From positions 5,775 through 30,442 of the forward strand of contig CAZUYY010000001.1 of the NCBI GenBank assembly GCA_964624935.1: a DNA stretch of 24,668 nucleotides, in the 5' to 3' direction. Below, piece after piece: positions 1-9,958 of the stretch. This DNA comes from an uncultured Prolixibacteraceae bacterium. GTDB lineage: Bacteria > Bacteroidota > Bacteroidia > Bacteroidales > FEN-979. The position numbers were made by a program, and so were the translations under genes. The notes below the pieces were generated by a model, which searched no databases, had not been told where the DNA came from, and saw nothing but the letters and a program-made list of their open reading frames with translations. The number at the start of each line of letters is the position of its first letter. Position 1 is the first letter of the stretch.

Positions 1-5
1 ATCCT

Positions 6-3000
6 CTATTTATCAACCTTCACCCTTATTCCTTCCGAATGTGCGCCAAATTCAGGAGCATATATACATTGTACTGTTGTAATGCCATTGGAGAATTCCC
101 CGGCTGCATTCACAATAAGCGGGTATTCAAAAATCCATGTCCCTTTTGGAAGGTAATCAAAGAAAAAGTTCGTTGCAACATCCGTCGTGGATTGATAATA
201 ACCCAATCCTCCCTGATAACGATAACCCGATAACTGTTCAGAGGTTGGCGGTTCGAATGCTGATGCCCTCATATCTTTCATGTGAACAAATTCCAGATTC
301 CGGTCAACGGAAATGATGATTCTTACAATGATCCTATCCCCTACTCTGATATCCTCACTTGATCCATTTTGTCCCTTCGTAATTTGTAATTCGTAATTCG
401 TAATTGGTTCAAGAACTTTCCCTTTTCCTGTCACTCTTTCAATGAACAGTTTCTTCTCAATTTTTAGCGGAGTCTGGTGTGGTGTGATCTTGTCAAGATC
501 TTCAAAATATTGCCAGTAAAGAGCTCCCCAGGCAATGCCTTCATTGGATTTGGAGACCGTGACATTTCCCATCTCAGGGTTGATTTCCTTTCCATCACGA
601 AATACCTGGAAATAACCAGTGCCTGCTTCTACTTTGGTATCTGTTAATTTCAGGGGATCAATCCTTTCTTTTCCCAAATCGATTTTTATTTCCGGCTGCA
701 CCGAAAGAAGATTAGTTCCCCTGAGGAGCAATGCATAACAGGCTTCAGCCGTAGCACGTCCTGTTTTCCAGTCCTGAGTCTGTTTTTGTTTCAGTAACCA
801 AACTTTCATATCATCGACCGGCTTCGGATCGGCAGTAATTTCTTCATAGGCCTCGATCATAAGTGCTTGTGTTTCTATTGGAGCCTGGTACCATTTATAG
901 CCATTTTGCGAAGCCCAATACATTCCCATTTCCGGAGAATGAAGAGCTTTTTCGGAAAGCGATTTAAGGATAGCGTCAGGGACGGTCTTGTTTCCCAGAC
1001 GGTTTAGCGCTAAAGCAATCATTCCCTGGAAATAAGGATCATTCTGTAGCCAGTATTTTTCTGCCTGCTCCAGGAAATAATGAAAAGCTGTATTCACTTC
1101 AACCTTGTTTTTTATAACCGGAATATCATTGAAATAATAGCTTCGGGCATAGAGGTACTGGATTTGGGTTGCACCGAGATGATTTTCATCTATCTTTTCC
1201 GGATACAATCTTATGATGTCGTTATAATCTTTTACGAGTTCTCCATCAAGATATTCTACTGCTTTGTTCAATATAATCCAGGTATCCTTGTCATCCCTGA
1301 TATTTTTAATTCCAAGATGATCGAGATGCCCGAGACCAGTTACGATATTCTGTGTGATATAGCGGCTTTCCTGCATTCCATCGAACCATGGCCATCCGCC
1401 GGAAGGCGCCTGCATTTTTTGCAGCTTTTTCAGATTCTGATCAAGCTTTGCTTCCATGTTATTCCGGTCGAAAAACAAAGCCAGCCGGTGTTTCCGTTGC
1501 GTTTCGTCCTGTGCTTCCATTACCCAGGGTGTCTCCTGCAAAAGTGTTGATTTCAATTGTTCATTTTTAATCAGGTTTGACACCAATGCATCAGTTGAAA
1601 TGGTTTTCCAGCTTTCGAAGACTTGTTTAATCGCCGGGTTGGAATTCGCAAGAAAGAACGCAATGCTGTTGGTATAATAAGAATTAAAAATATTATCTGC
1701 GTTGGGATATTGCGGATCATCCATGGTTGGCAGTGCTTGTACGGCATACCATACCGGATTCGATGCAAATTCAAGGGTCAGCTTATAATTCTTCAGGGTC
1801 TTGTCCGCAGAAGAATTCAGCAATTTATCAAATTTGAAATCAAAAGTGCCTTTATCATTCACAGGAAGTGGCAGGGATTCTGTCACCAGCATGCGGTTTG
1901 TCAGGACAGGGAAGGCTTTTTCTTCCCCATCACTGAAATCACCCGCCCTGGCGGTGATTCGATACTGGAGAAGTGAAAGGGATGGATCGTTTGGAATGGC
2001 CAGCTTCCACTGGAATGCTGAACTTTGCCCGGTAAGCAGGGTAAAGGCCTGGTTTTGATTGTCTGAAATCACAAGGTTGACGGTTTTTTGCGAAAGTGCA
2101 TCCGATAGTTCCAGCACCACTTCTCCGTTCAGAGCACGCTCACTAAGGTTAACCACTTTTGCGCTGAAGATAAGTGTATCGCCCTGGCGGACAAACCGCG
2201 GTGCATTCGGAAATACCATCAGGTCTTTATGGGTAATAACCTCTTTTTCAGTCAGTCCATAATCCAGTTGTTTAGTATAGGCGAACCCGAGAATTTTCCA
2301 TTTGGTAAGGGATTCAGGCACGGTGAATTTCATATCAAGATTTCCTGCCGAATCGGTGACCAGTGAAGAAAAGAAGAATGCTGTTTCCCGGAAATCCTTT
2401 CTTATCTGCACTGTTTCTTGAATTTCGACTTTAGGCGTTTGTTTTTTCTCTTCCGTCTGGCTCACCAGGTGTTCAGTCATACCATCTTTTGGTTGAGCGG
2501 ATGTGGTTGAAATTACTTCTGGTTGTGGTTGTCCTGAAGATAAAGTACCGGCTAACATCGGAGTGTACAATTTCCCACCGCCAAGCCTCCGGTCACTTCC
2601 ACCGAAACCCAATCCGAACCAATTTAATTTTTCATAGGAATGTGAGATATATTCCCCACTGGTAAAATGCAACGGATAATATACCCCTGACGTGGTGTTG
2701 AATCCCCCGCTGACTTCCCAGGGAAGCGAAGAATAATATTCCTTTAAAACCGAAAACGCCCATTTATTGGACTTAAACGCATCTAAGGATGCATCATACA
2801 TGGCTGTAAGATATTCAGCAATTACGCCTTTTTTTGCGGCATCGCTGATCCTGATCCTCCATTCTTCATTCTGTCCGGGATTGATTTTATCACGAAACGT
2901 GTCAAATTTGATGTCCAGCTTCTTGTTGTTAAAAGGAACACGTACCAACACGTTATGCTGGAAAGACCTGTTTAACCTGATAAATATAAAATTCACTGAA

Positions 3001-6000
3001 AAATTACCGCGGAATTGTTCCTGTATCGGAATCTCCACCAATTCCTGGTTATTGCTGAGCTTTATCCATTGTCTTGAATAAAGCGTATCATGAACCCTGA
3101 TCTCATATAAAACATTGACATCCTCTGCTTTTGAGCCGATCAGGAATTCAGCCTTCTCCCCGGGTTCTCCACTTGTTTTCACCGGAACAAACCAATCCAT
3201 TTCCTGCACAGGTATTCGTGCAGAGGAAGGATCATAGATCACAAAAGGGATCCTTTGTTCAACATCTTCACCAAAAGGATCCTTTGCTTTCAGGGTTAGC
3301 AGATAGTTTCCTTCCGGAAGTATCTTTCCATTCCCCATCCTCCAATCTCCATATACCGACTTTGCTGCAATCTGTGAAAACCGAAATATGGAATCTGTCG
3401 CTGTATTGATATCTTTTTTCAGGATTTCCTGGTCAACCGGCCAGTTGATCACGATATTTTCATCCGCATAAAGGTCGTTTGGGAAATCGGAATGAAATTC
3501 CTTTTCTGTCATGCCCGTCATATCGGGTTTATCCCATAAACGCTTTCTGTAAAACCGGTCTGGTTGTTTCAGTTTTTGAATGTTCAGGGTGACGGCAGTG
3601 GGTGTTTTCCTGCCATTTAAATTAGTAGCCGTCAGGTGAAATACTGTATCTCTTGCAGGATCAAGATTCCCGGGAATATCCATACCCAACAAAAGAGAAA
3701 CATATCCCACGGAGACATTTTCGTTTGAAGATTGTGTTTCTCCATTGATATCGGTCACATCAGCATAAATCATATAATCGAAAACCGGTTTTGTTGATTT
3801 TTCGAACGAAAGATCAGGAACTGCTTTGAACTTTAACTTAAAGCTGCCATCAGCACTTGTTTTCGACATGCCCTGCATGATTTCAGTTTCTGTAACCGGG
3901 TGTACAGGCATCCACCAGCCACTTTCCCAAAAAGGAAATCGTGCCGAACGCACTACCCTGTATTTTACGTCTGCGCCATTAATGTTAATTCCTGCATATG
4001 CTATAGCTTTCCCTGTTACTGTCACACTGTCGTTCAGATGATAATTTCCTTCAATGGGATCGAAAGTAACTTCAAAGGTTGGACGTTTATATTCTTCAAC
4101 GGAAAATGTCACTGAACCTGAACCATCCGAAAGTTTCATGGTTCCTGGCAGCAATCCTTGCGGGATCTCAAAAGACCCGTTAAAGGAACCAAATTCACTG
4201 GTGGTGAAAGTTTGTTCAGCAATCTTTTGATCATTTACATCGGTAAAGTTCACAGTGATCTTTATTCCTGGTTTAATGTTATGGATATCAGCAGTTTCTT
4301 CGATAAGAACACCTTTGAAATAAACAGTTTGTCCAGGCCGGTAAATTCCCCGGTCTGTGAAAAAGAATGTTTTCAGGGTCGTTTTTTCATTGGGTTCGTT
4401 TACAGGATAACGGTAATAATATCCTGTCACCAGGAGGTCGTCTTTTAACTTTAAACGAAGGAACACGTTATTGTTGGATCCATTCTGCAGGACAGCAGGC
4501 AGTAAAAAATGACCATTTTCATCGGTTACATACTCCCCTGACTTCTGATTCTCAGACTTTCTTGTAGTGTAGTCGAAAACATTACGAAAGGCTTCTGCCG
4601 TAAGGCCATTCAGCGGAAGTCCGGTTTCCCTGTCGAGGATATAGAAATCTTCTTCACTTTTTTCATTCCGCTGGCTGATGTAACTGATCCGGGTGGAAAA
4701 GAAAGGCACCCAGGCAATAACCTGGCCGGTATCTTTAAAATCCGGGAAAGAAGATGCGATTAGAATATAATATCCGACCGGTAACCCGGGTATGCGTATC
4801 TCCATCCGGTGTGACTGGTAATCTCCATCGTTGGGAAGGTTTAGCGACCAATCCTTTTGAAATTCAAGGCTGGAGTAGTAAGATATCTGTTCTTCCCTCG
4901 GGCGGTTTAGGGTTCTTTCCTTGTCGATATCCGGGTCTGATTTTGCAAGCCTGAAATAGAGGGTTTTCATATTCCTGAATTCGATCACTCCGAGAGATGG
5001 TTTTTGGGGCACGACAGCATGTTCAGTTTCAATTTGCAATGCAGGTTTTTCAATATCGGCAGCCAGTAGCTTGCAATTGGCAGCCCCTACGCTCTCAGGA
5101 AATCGTTTTTTTGCCTGGTTGCAATAATCAATTGCTTCCTTTAATTCCCATTTATGTCTTTGTGATTCGGCAGGATGGTACTGCGATCCCTGTTCCTTCA
5201 GATAAGCAGCAATTGCATAGGTAACATCGGTGGAATATGGCGATGAAAGACTGGTTTGTTCCAGCTTTTTCATGGCATTCAGATACAAAGTGTCTTTCCC
5301 ATCCATCATGGATTTATCCTTCAGGAATTGAAAACGATGGATTTCTTCATCGATCAGTGCATGAGGATCTTTATCTTGGCAGTGAAAGCCCGCAAGATCC
5401 TGGTAGATCTTCAACGAAAAGGCAAGAAATGAGGAGGAATCTGAAGGTAATTCCAGCTTCAAAGCAGCGAATTCACGTGCCTGTGAGAAATACGACGGTT
5501 GATTGAGTGAAAAGGGGATAGCAACTGCCTTATCCGGGCTTTCATTTCCGGAGAAATATTTTAGTACACGCCAGCATAAAAAGTCGTACAGTGTAGGCCG
5601 GTAGCTGGTCTTGTTTTTCTCCATCATTTTTACAGGTTGCTTTCCCTGTGATTCCGGCTTTTCAAGTATATCTTCAAAGGAGCCGATCGGCAAAGATTTT
5701 AACAGAGACGGATCCTGAATTGAGAGCAGCCAGGTTTTTACTGTTTTTCGGGCCAGGGTTTTCAGATCCCAGGTCTGAATGCTATCGGATGTGGTATTCA
5801 TGACTTCTGTTCTGTTTCCAAACCGGTAGCGGTTATTCAGGTAATACGACTGATACATCTCAGCCAGAATGGAATTCAGGATTTGACGGGCCGGTTCATG
5901 TGATCCTTTGATCTCAGCATTGACTTCCCTGATGGATAATGCTACGGCATCTTCCATAAAATCTGCTTTCAGTTTCAACCTATAAATGAAAGCCTTGATA

Positions 6001-6260
6001 TACTGAGGATCATTCTTCTCTTTCTTTGCCTGGTCATAGATTGTATTCACGATCTCCAGGGCCGATTTAGGAAGACCCAGGTTTGACAGGGAATCGACTT
6101 TTTTCCACCGAAATGAATAATAATTGGAGAGCTGGTGAGGTGGCGAAATATTTAATTGGTGAACTGGTGAACTGGTGAACTGGCGAGTAAGATCAAGGGC
6201 AAAGATGGAAGAACATCTTAGTAAAAAAATAAACCCAAAGATCACAGGTTTTGTTTTCAT
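6..6260 (-). CDS. Bacterial alpha-2-macroglobulin family protein (MG2 domains, bait region, A2M C-terminal region), secreted; no CxEQ thioester motif
   Basis: About 2084 aa. A2M-family segments include FFFTDRGIYRPGQTVYFKG (MG2), FSVEEYKRPTFEV, IRKDFRETAFF, FTVPESLTKWK, LMVFPNAPRFVRQGD and YIYAPEF-like CIYAPEFGAHS. The ORF track starts at 6284; ATG 6260 (MKTKPVIFGFIFLL...SSIFA) gives a cleaner signal peptide, so the start is inferred. Confidence 0.93.
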   Translation of the reverse strand: MKTKPVIFGFIFLLRCSSIFALDLTRQFTSSPVHQLNISPPHQLSNYYSFRWKKVDSLSNLGLPKSALEIVNTIYDQAKKEKNDPQYIKAFIYRLKLKADFMEDAVALSIREVNAEIKGSHEPARQILNSILAEMYQSYYLNNRYRFGNRTEVMNTTSDSIQTWDLKTLARKTVKTWLLSIQDPSLLKSLPIGSFEDILEKPESQGKQPVKMMEKNKTSYRPTLYDFLCWRVLKYFSGNESPDKAVAIPFSLNQPSYFSQAREFAALKLELPSDSSSFLAFSLKIYQDLAGFHCQDKDPHALIDEEIHRFQFLKDKSMMDGKDTLYLNAMKKLEQTSLSSPYSTDVTYAIAAYLKEQGSQYHPAESQRHKWELKEAIDYCNQAKKRFPESVGAANCKLLAADIEKPALQIETEHAVVPQKPSLGVIEFRNMKTLYFRLAKSDPDIDKERTLNRPREEQISYYSSLEFQKDWSLNLPNDGDYQSHRMEIRIPGLPVGYYILIASSFPDFKDTGQVIAWVPFFSTRISYISQRNEKSEEDFYILDRETGLPLNGLTAEAFRNVFDYTTRKSENQKSGEYVTDENGHFLLPAVLQNGSNNNVFLRLKLKDDLLVTGYYYRYPVNEPNEKTTLKTFFFTDRGIYRPGQTVYFKGVLIEETADIHNIKPGIKITVNFTDVNDQKIAEQTFTTSEFGSFNGSFEIPQGLLPGTMKLSDGSGSVTFSVEEYKRPTFEVTFDPIEGNYHLNDSVTVTGKAIAYAGININGADVKYRVVRSARFPFWESGWWMPVHPVTETEIMQGMSKTSADGSFKLKFKAVPDLSFEKSTKPVFDYMIYADVTDINGETQSSNENVSVGYVSLLLGMDIPGNLDPARDTVFHLTATNLNGRKTPTAVTLNIQKLKQPDRFYRKRLWDKPDMTGMTEKEFHSDFPNDLYADENIVINWPVDQEILKKDINTATDSIFRFSQIAAKSVYGDWRMGNGKILPEGNYLLTLKAKDPFGEDVEQRIPFVIYDPSSARIPVQEMDWFVPVKTSGEPGEKAEFLIGSKAEDVNVLYEIRVHDTLYSRQWIKLSNNQELVEIPIQEQFRGNFSVNFIFIRLNRSFQHNVLVRVPFNNKKLDIKFDTFRDKINPGQNEEWRIRISDAAKKGVIAEYLTAMYDASLDAFKSNKWAFSVLKEYYSSLPWEVSGGFNTTSGVYYPLHFTSGEYISHSYEKLNWFGLGFGGSDRRLGGGKLYTPMLAGTLSSGQPQPEVISTTSAQPKDGMTEHLVSQTEEKKQTPKVEIQETVQIRKDFRETAFFFSSLVTDSAGNLDMKFTVPESLTKWKILGFAYTKQLDYGLTEKEVITHKDLMVFPNAPRFVRQGDTLIFSAKVVNLSERALNGEVVLELSDALSQKTVNLVISDNQNQAFTLLTGQSSAFQWKLAIPNDPSLSLLQYRITARAGDFSDGEEKAFPVLTNRMLVTESLPLPVNDKGTFDFKFDKLLNSSADKTLKNYKLTLEFASNPVWYAVQALPTMDDPQYPNADNIFNSYYTNSIAFFLANSNPAIKQVFESWKTISTDALVSNLIKNEQLKSTLLQETPWVMEAQDETQRKHRLALFFDRNNMEAKLDQNLKKLQKMQAPSGGWPWFDGMQESRYITQNIVTGLGHLDHLGIKNIRDDKDTWIILNKAVEYLDGELVKDYNDIIRLYPEKIDENHLGATQIQYLYARSYYFNDIPVIKNKVEVNTAFHYFLEQAEKYWLQNDPYFQGMIALALNRLGNKTVPDAILKSLSEKALHSPEMGMYWASQNGYKWYQAPIETQALMIEAYEEITADPKPVDDMKVWLLKQKQTQDWKTGRATAEACYALLLRGTNLLSVQPEIKIDLGKERIDPLKLTDTKVEAGTGYFQVFRDGKEINPEMGNVTVSKSNEGIAWGALYWQYFEDLDKITPHQTPLKIEKKLFIERVTGKGKVLEPITNYELQITKGQNGSSEDIRVGDRIIVRIIISVDRNLEFVHMKDMRASAFEPPTSEQLSGYRYQGGLGYYQSTTDVATNFFFDYLPKGTWIFEYPLIVNAAGEFSNGITTVQCIYAPEFGAHSEGIRVKVDK
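376..403 (+). repeat. Heptamer tandem array (TTCGTAA)x4, inside the A2M CDS
   Basis: TTCGTAA TTTGTAA TTCGTAA TTCGTAA; translated on the - strand as ITNYELQIT. Confidence 0.85.
3323..3357 (+). repeat. Degenerate heptamer array (period 7, units ending in CC), inside the A2M CDS
   Basis: TCTTTCC ATTCCCC ATCCTCC AATCTCC ATATACC; - strand GGTATAT GGAGATT GGAGGAT GGGGAAT GGAAAGA, translated as VYGDWRMGNGKI. Confidence 0.55.
6125..6190 (+). repeat. Octamer array family A (TGGYGANN), inside the A2M CDS
   Basis: TGGAGAGC TGGTGAGG TGGCGAAA TATTTAAT TGGTGAAC TGGTGAAC TGGTGAAC TGGCGAGT AA; the 8-nt register holds over 64 nt. Confidence 0.9.
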
Positions 6261-6320
6261 AAGATGAAGCATTTTAATATGCAATAATAATTGAAACGGT
6301 AGAATTTTGCAAAGATTGCG

Positions 6321-7136
6321 TTATTTCGAAGAACCAACCAGCGAAGTAACCGGGTTGGCGAGTCCTTTGTACTCGATCAGTTCAAGTTTCACTGATCCTA
6401 TAGTGACGTCTGATTTTGCGAGGACCGGGATGCGGTTCTGATCGTCAGTAATCCAGACATCCATTGGATAGGGTTGGCTGAATACATAACCCGTCGCTAC
6501 CATTGGTTTAAATTTCAAACAGCGGAACGTTCCAAGGTCGGTTTGTACTTCTTCACGTCCGGCAAATTCAATCAGGGAGACATACATTGAATCGTCGAGA
6601 ACGAAGTCCACAGGAAAACGCTCTCCAATTTTGAGATTGGAGAAATCAAGCGTCCGGCAATAGAAAAATGCAGAAAGAATATCATAGGTGCCAACATTCA
6701 TTTTTTTGTTAGCCTTACGGCTTGAATAATTTCCTGAATATTGATTGAAACGTATTTCATCATTCACTGAGTAACTGCCCTCATGTGTATTTCTGATAAA
6801 CAACCATGGGACGAGATATTCTTCATCCATGTATGATTCAAAACAGTCGTTGACCTTATAAAAAAGGTTAAATGCACCTTTCGATTTTCCTTCACCGATT
6901 ATGTGAAAAGTACTTCGTCCATCGAATATTTTATCCTCAAATTTAACTTCCAGCGAAGCCAGGCCGGCTGTGACTTTCCCGGTCACAAAAGAATCATAAT
7001 ATGCTTTAAATCTCAACCTTTCTCCCCGGATGAATGCAGTATTCCGGACAGGAGTCAATGATTGGGCAGGAAGAATGAAAAATGAAGAATGAAAAATGAA
7101 AAATACAATTAACAGGAAACGGCAAACAGGCTTCAT
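6321..7136 (-). CDS. DUF3108-like periplasmic/secreted protein
   Basis: 271 aa with a signal peptide. The segments FIRGERLRFKAYY, VQTDLGTFRCLKFKP and DVWITDDQNRIPVLAKSDVTIGSVKLEL match my recollection of Bacteroidota DUF3108 proteins. The ATG is 1 nt after the leuS stop. Confidence 0.75.
   Translation of the reverse strand: MKPVCRFLLIVFFIFHSSFFILPAQSLTPVRNTAFIRGERLRFKAYYDSFVTGKVTAGLASLEVKFEDKIFDGRSTFHIIGEGKSKGAFNLFYKVNDCFESYMDEEYLVPWLFIRNTHEGSYSVNDEIRFNQYSGNYSSRKANKKMNVGTYDILSAFFYCRTLDFSNLKIGERFPVDFVLDDSMYVSLIEFAGREEVQTDLGTFRCLKFKPMVATGYVFSQPYPMDVWITDDQNRIPVLAKSDVTIGSVKLELIEYKGLANPVTSLVGSSK
7074..7101 (+). repeat. Heptamer tandem array (AATGAAR)x4 in the DUF3108-like signal peptide
   Basis: AATGAAA AATGAAG AATGAAA AATGAAA; translated as FFIFHSSFFIL. 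Confidence 0.85.
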
Positions 7137-7137
7137 T

Positions 7138-9951
7138 TCAAATCACAATGTTGATTATTTTTTTCGGCACCACGATTATATTTCTGGGAGGTTTGCCCTG
7201 AAGCCATTTCTCAGTTTCAGGGGCTTTCAGCACAGCTTGTTCGATCGCAGATACCGTAAGGTCAAGCGAAAGTTCCAGTTGGAACCGCATTTTACCATTA
7301 AACGAAACCGGGTAATGAAAAGTATTCTCAATAATATATTCTTCAATAAATTCGGGAAAAGGAGCATAGGTTACAGACCCGGAATGTCCTGAATGTTCCC
7401 AAAGTTCCTCAGCTAAATGCGGAGCATATGGCGCGATCAGGATCACAAGGGGCTCAAGGATTGCCTTTTTATTACATTTTAACTCAGAAAGTTCGTTCAC
7501 ACAGATCATGAAGTTTGAAACGGCTGTATTGAATGAAAACCATTCGATGTCTTCCTGGGTCTTCTTTATGGTCTTATGGAGGATCTTAAGCTCATCTTTT
7601 GTCGGTTCTTCACCGGTCACAGAAAATTCATTTTCCCGGTCATGGTACAACCTCCAGAATTTGCGTATAAAACGGAATACCCCTTCAATGCCGTTGGTGT
7701 CCCATGGCTTCGATTGCTCCAGCGGACCGAGGAACATCTCATAAAGCCTGAGTGTGTCAGCTCCGTAATGATCGATCAGGTCATCGGGATTCACCACATT
7801 ATGAAGTGATTTCGACATTTTTTCTATTTCATACCCGCAGATGTATTTCCCATCTTCGAGAATAAATTCAGCATCTGCAAGATCGGGACGCCAGTTTTTA
7901 AACGCAGCAAGGTCGAGCACATCATTCTCCACGATGTTTATATCGACATGCATTTCCGTTGTTTCGTAATCCTTTCTCAGATTATAAGAGACGAAAGTAT
8001 TTGAGTTTTTAACCCGGTAAACAATATTCGAGCGTCCCTGGATCATTCCCTGGTTGATGAGTTTCTTATAAGGTTCATCTTTACAAACCAGTCCGATATC
8101 GTAAAGAAACTTATTCCAGAACCTTGAATAGACCAAGTGTCCTGTGGCATGTTCGGCACCGCCAAGGTAAAGGTCAACATCCTGCCAGTATTGGTTGGCT
8201 TCTTTTGAAAAATATTCTTTATCGTTGAGGGGATCCATATAGCGAAGATAGTACCCGCTCGACCCTGCAAAGCCCGGCATGGTGCTTGTTTCGTAAGGAT
8301 AACCTTCTTTCGTCTTCCAGTTTTTGGCACGGGCCAGTGGTGGCTCGCCGGTTTCTGTCGGAAGATATTTATCCACTTCCGGCAACAGCAGTGGCAGTTC
8401 GGATTCATCCAGAACATAGGCAGTGCCATCCTTGTAATAAACCGGGAAAGGTTCGCCCCAATAGCGCTGACGGCTGAAGATGGCATCACGGAGACGGAAA
8501 TTCACAGTCCCTTTGCCTATCTTTAATTCTTCTACCTTGCGGATGACTGCCGAAACGGCTTCTTTCACATGCATTCCATTGATGAATTCCGAATTCACCA
8601 GTATCCCGTCCTTGGCATCATAGGAGCTTTCTGAAATATCCCCTCCGGAAACTACTTCAATAATGGGCAGATTGAAATGCTTTGCGAAATCATAATCCCT
8701 GCTGTCGTGAGCCGGAACTGCCATGATAGCGCCGGTTCCGTAACCGGCAAGCACATAATCGGCAACCCAGATTGGGATCTTTTTACCGTTCAGTGGATTA
8801 AGGCAGTAAGCGCCGGTAAATTCACCGGTGACTTTTTTAACTTCTGCCATCCGTTCACGTTCTGAACGGTTCTTTGCCCAGTGAAGGTAATCCTTTACAG
8901 CAGGTAGTTGCACCTGAGTCGTAATGGCTTCAATGAGTTCATGTTCGGGTGCAATGACCATAAAGGTCGCCCCGAAAATTGTATCGGGCCGTGTTGTAAA
9001 AATATCCAGTTTGTAATTTGTATTTTCAATGGGAAATTCAATTTCAGCCCCTTCTGAACGACCGATCCAGTTCCTTTGAATCTCTTTCAAAGATTCAGTG
9101 AATTCTATTTTATCGAGTCCTTCCAGCAGACGTTGTGCATAGGCGGTAATACGTAAAAACCACTGGCGCATGAGTTTTCGTTCAACAGGATGGCCTCCGC
9201 GAAGTGAGACCCCATTGGAAACCTCATCATTGGCAAGAACAGTACCCAGTTCCGGGCACCAATTCACCATGGCATCGCTCTGGTAAGCGAGTCTGTAATT
9301 CATCAGAAGTTCCCGCTGCTCTTTTACAGGAAAGGATTTCCATTGAGCGGCAGTAAAAATGCCGTTCCAGTTAACGCCGAGAAAAGGATATTTATTCCGG
9401 AAGCCTTTGAACCAGTCGGTCGTCATAGCTGCATGAACTGTTGCATTTCCTGAAGATTCAAAAACGCTGATTAGGCTATCAATTGATTCTGCTCTTTGCG
9501 TTTCTAAATTGTACCAGTGATTGAAGAGCTGAATAAAAGTCCATTGCGTCCATTTATAATATCCCGGATCACAGGTCTTGACTTCACGATCCCAGTCATA
9601 AGAAAACCCGATCTTATCCATCTGTTCACGGTATCGTGCAATATTCTTTTCCGTAGTGATGGCGGGATGGGTGCCGGTTTGAATAGCATATTGCTCGGCC
9701 GGCAGTCCGAAAGCATCATATCCCATGGGATGCAAAACATTGAATCCCTTCAGCCTTTTGTACCGTGAATAAATATCAGATGCAATATATCCCAAAGGAT
9801 GCCCCACATGCAGACCTGCTCCGGAAGGATAAGGAAACATGTCGAGGACATAGAATTTCGGTTTTGAAGAGTTGTTATCTGCTCTGAATGTTTTATTCTT
9901 CATCCAGTATTCCTGCCATTTTTTCTCGATCTCTGAAAAGTTATACTCCAT
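7138..9951 (-). CDS. leuS: Leucine--tRNA ligase
   Basis: Class I aaRS motifs: [19 protein letters not shown] (HIGH), EKMSKS (KMSKS), editing-domain [13 protein letters not shown] and [15 protein letters not shown]. Start placed at ATG 9951 (MEYNF); the ORF-track extension to 9996 is a translated repeat array. Confidence 0.98.
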   Translation of the reverse strand: MEYNFSEIEKKWQEYWMKNKTFRADNNSSKPKFYVLDMFPYPSGAGLHVGHPLGYIASDIYSRYKRLKGFNVLHPMGYDAFGLPAEQYAIQTGTHPAITTEKNIARYREQMDKIGFSYDWDREVKTCDPGYYKWTQWTFIQLFNHWYNLETQRAESIDSLISVFESSGNATVHAAMTTDWFKGFRNKYPFLGVNWNGIFTAAQWKSFPVKEQRELLMNYRLAYQSDAMVNWCPELGTVLANDEVSNGVSLRGGHPVERKLMRQWFLRITAYAQRLLEGLDKIEFTESLKEIQRNWIGRSEGAEIEFPIENTNYKLDIFTTRPDTIFGATFMVIAPEHELIEAITTQVQLPAVKDYLHWAKNRSERERMAEVKKVTGEFTGAYCLNPLNGKKIPIWVADYVLAGYGTGAIMAVPAHDSRDYDFAKHFNLPIIEVVSGGDISESSYDAKDGILVNSEFINGMHVKEAVSAVIRKVEELKIGKGTVNFRLRDAIFSRQRYWGEPFPVYYKDGTAYVLDESELPLLLPEVDKYLPTETGEPPLARAKNWKTKEGYPYETSTMPGFAGSSGYYLRYMDPLNDKEYFSKEANQYWQDVDLYLGGAEHATGHLVYSRFWNKFLYDIGLVCKDEPYKKLINQGMIQGRSNIVYRVKNSNTFVSYNLRKDYETTEMHVDINIVENDVLDLAAFKNWRPDLADAEFILEDGKYICGYEIEKMSKSLHNVVNPDDLIDHYGADTLRLYEMFLGPLEQSKPWDTNGIEGVFRFIRKFWRLYHDRENEFSVTGEEPTKDELKILHKTIKKTQEDIEWFSFNTAVSNFMICVNELSELKCNKKAILEPLVILIAPYAPHLAEELWEHSGHSGSVTYAPFPEFIEEYIIENTFHYPVSFNGKMRFQLELSLDLTVSAIEQAVLKAPETEKWLQGKPPRNIIVVPKKIINIVI

Positions 9952-9958
9952 GATTAGG

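Noticed and set aside
39-5506. Many short + strand ORFs opposite A2M (for example 1080-1550)
   Set aside because: Shadow ORFs of a long, well-supported - strand gene.
6213-6224. Lipoprotein lipobox in A2M (LLRC)
   Set aside because: Arg at -1 does not fit the lipobox, and SSIFA looks like a signal peptidase I site.
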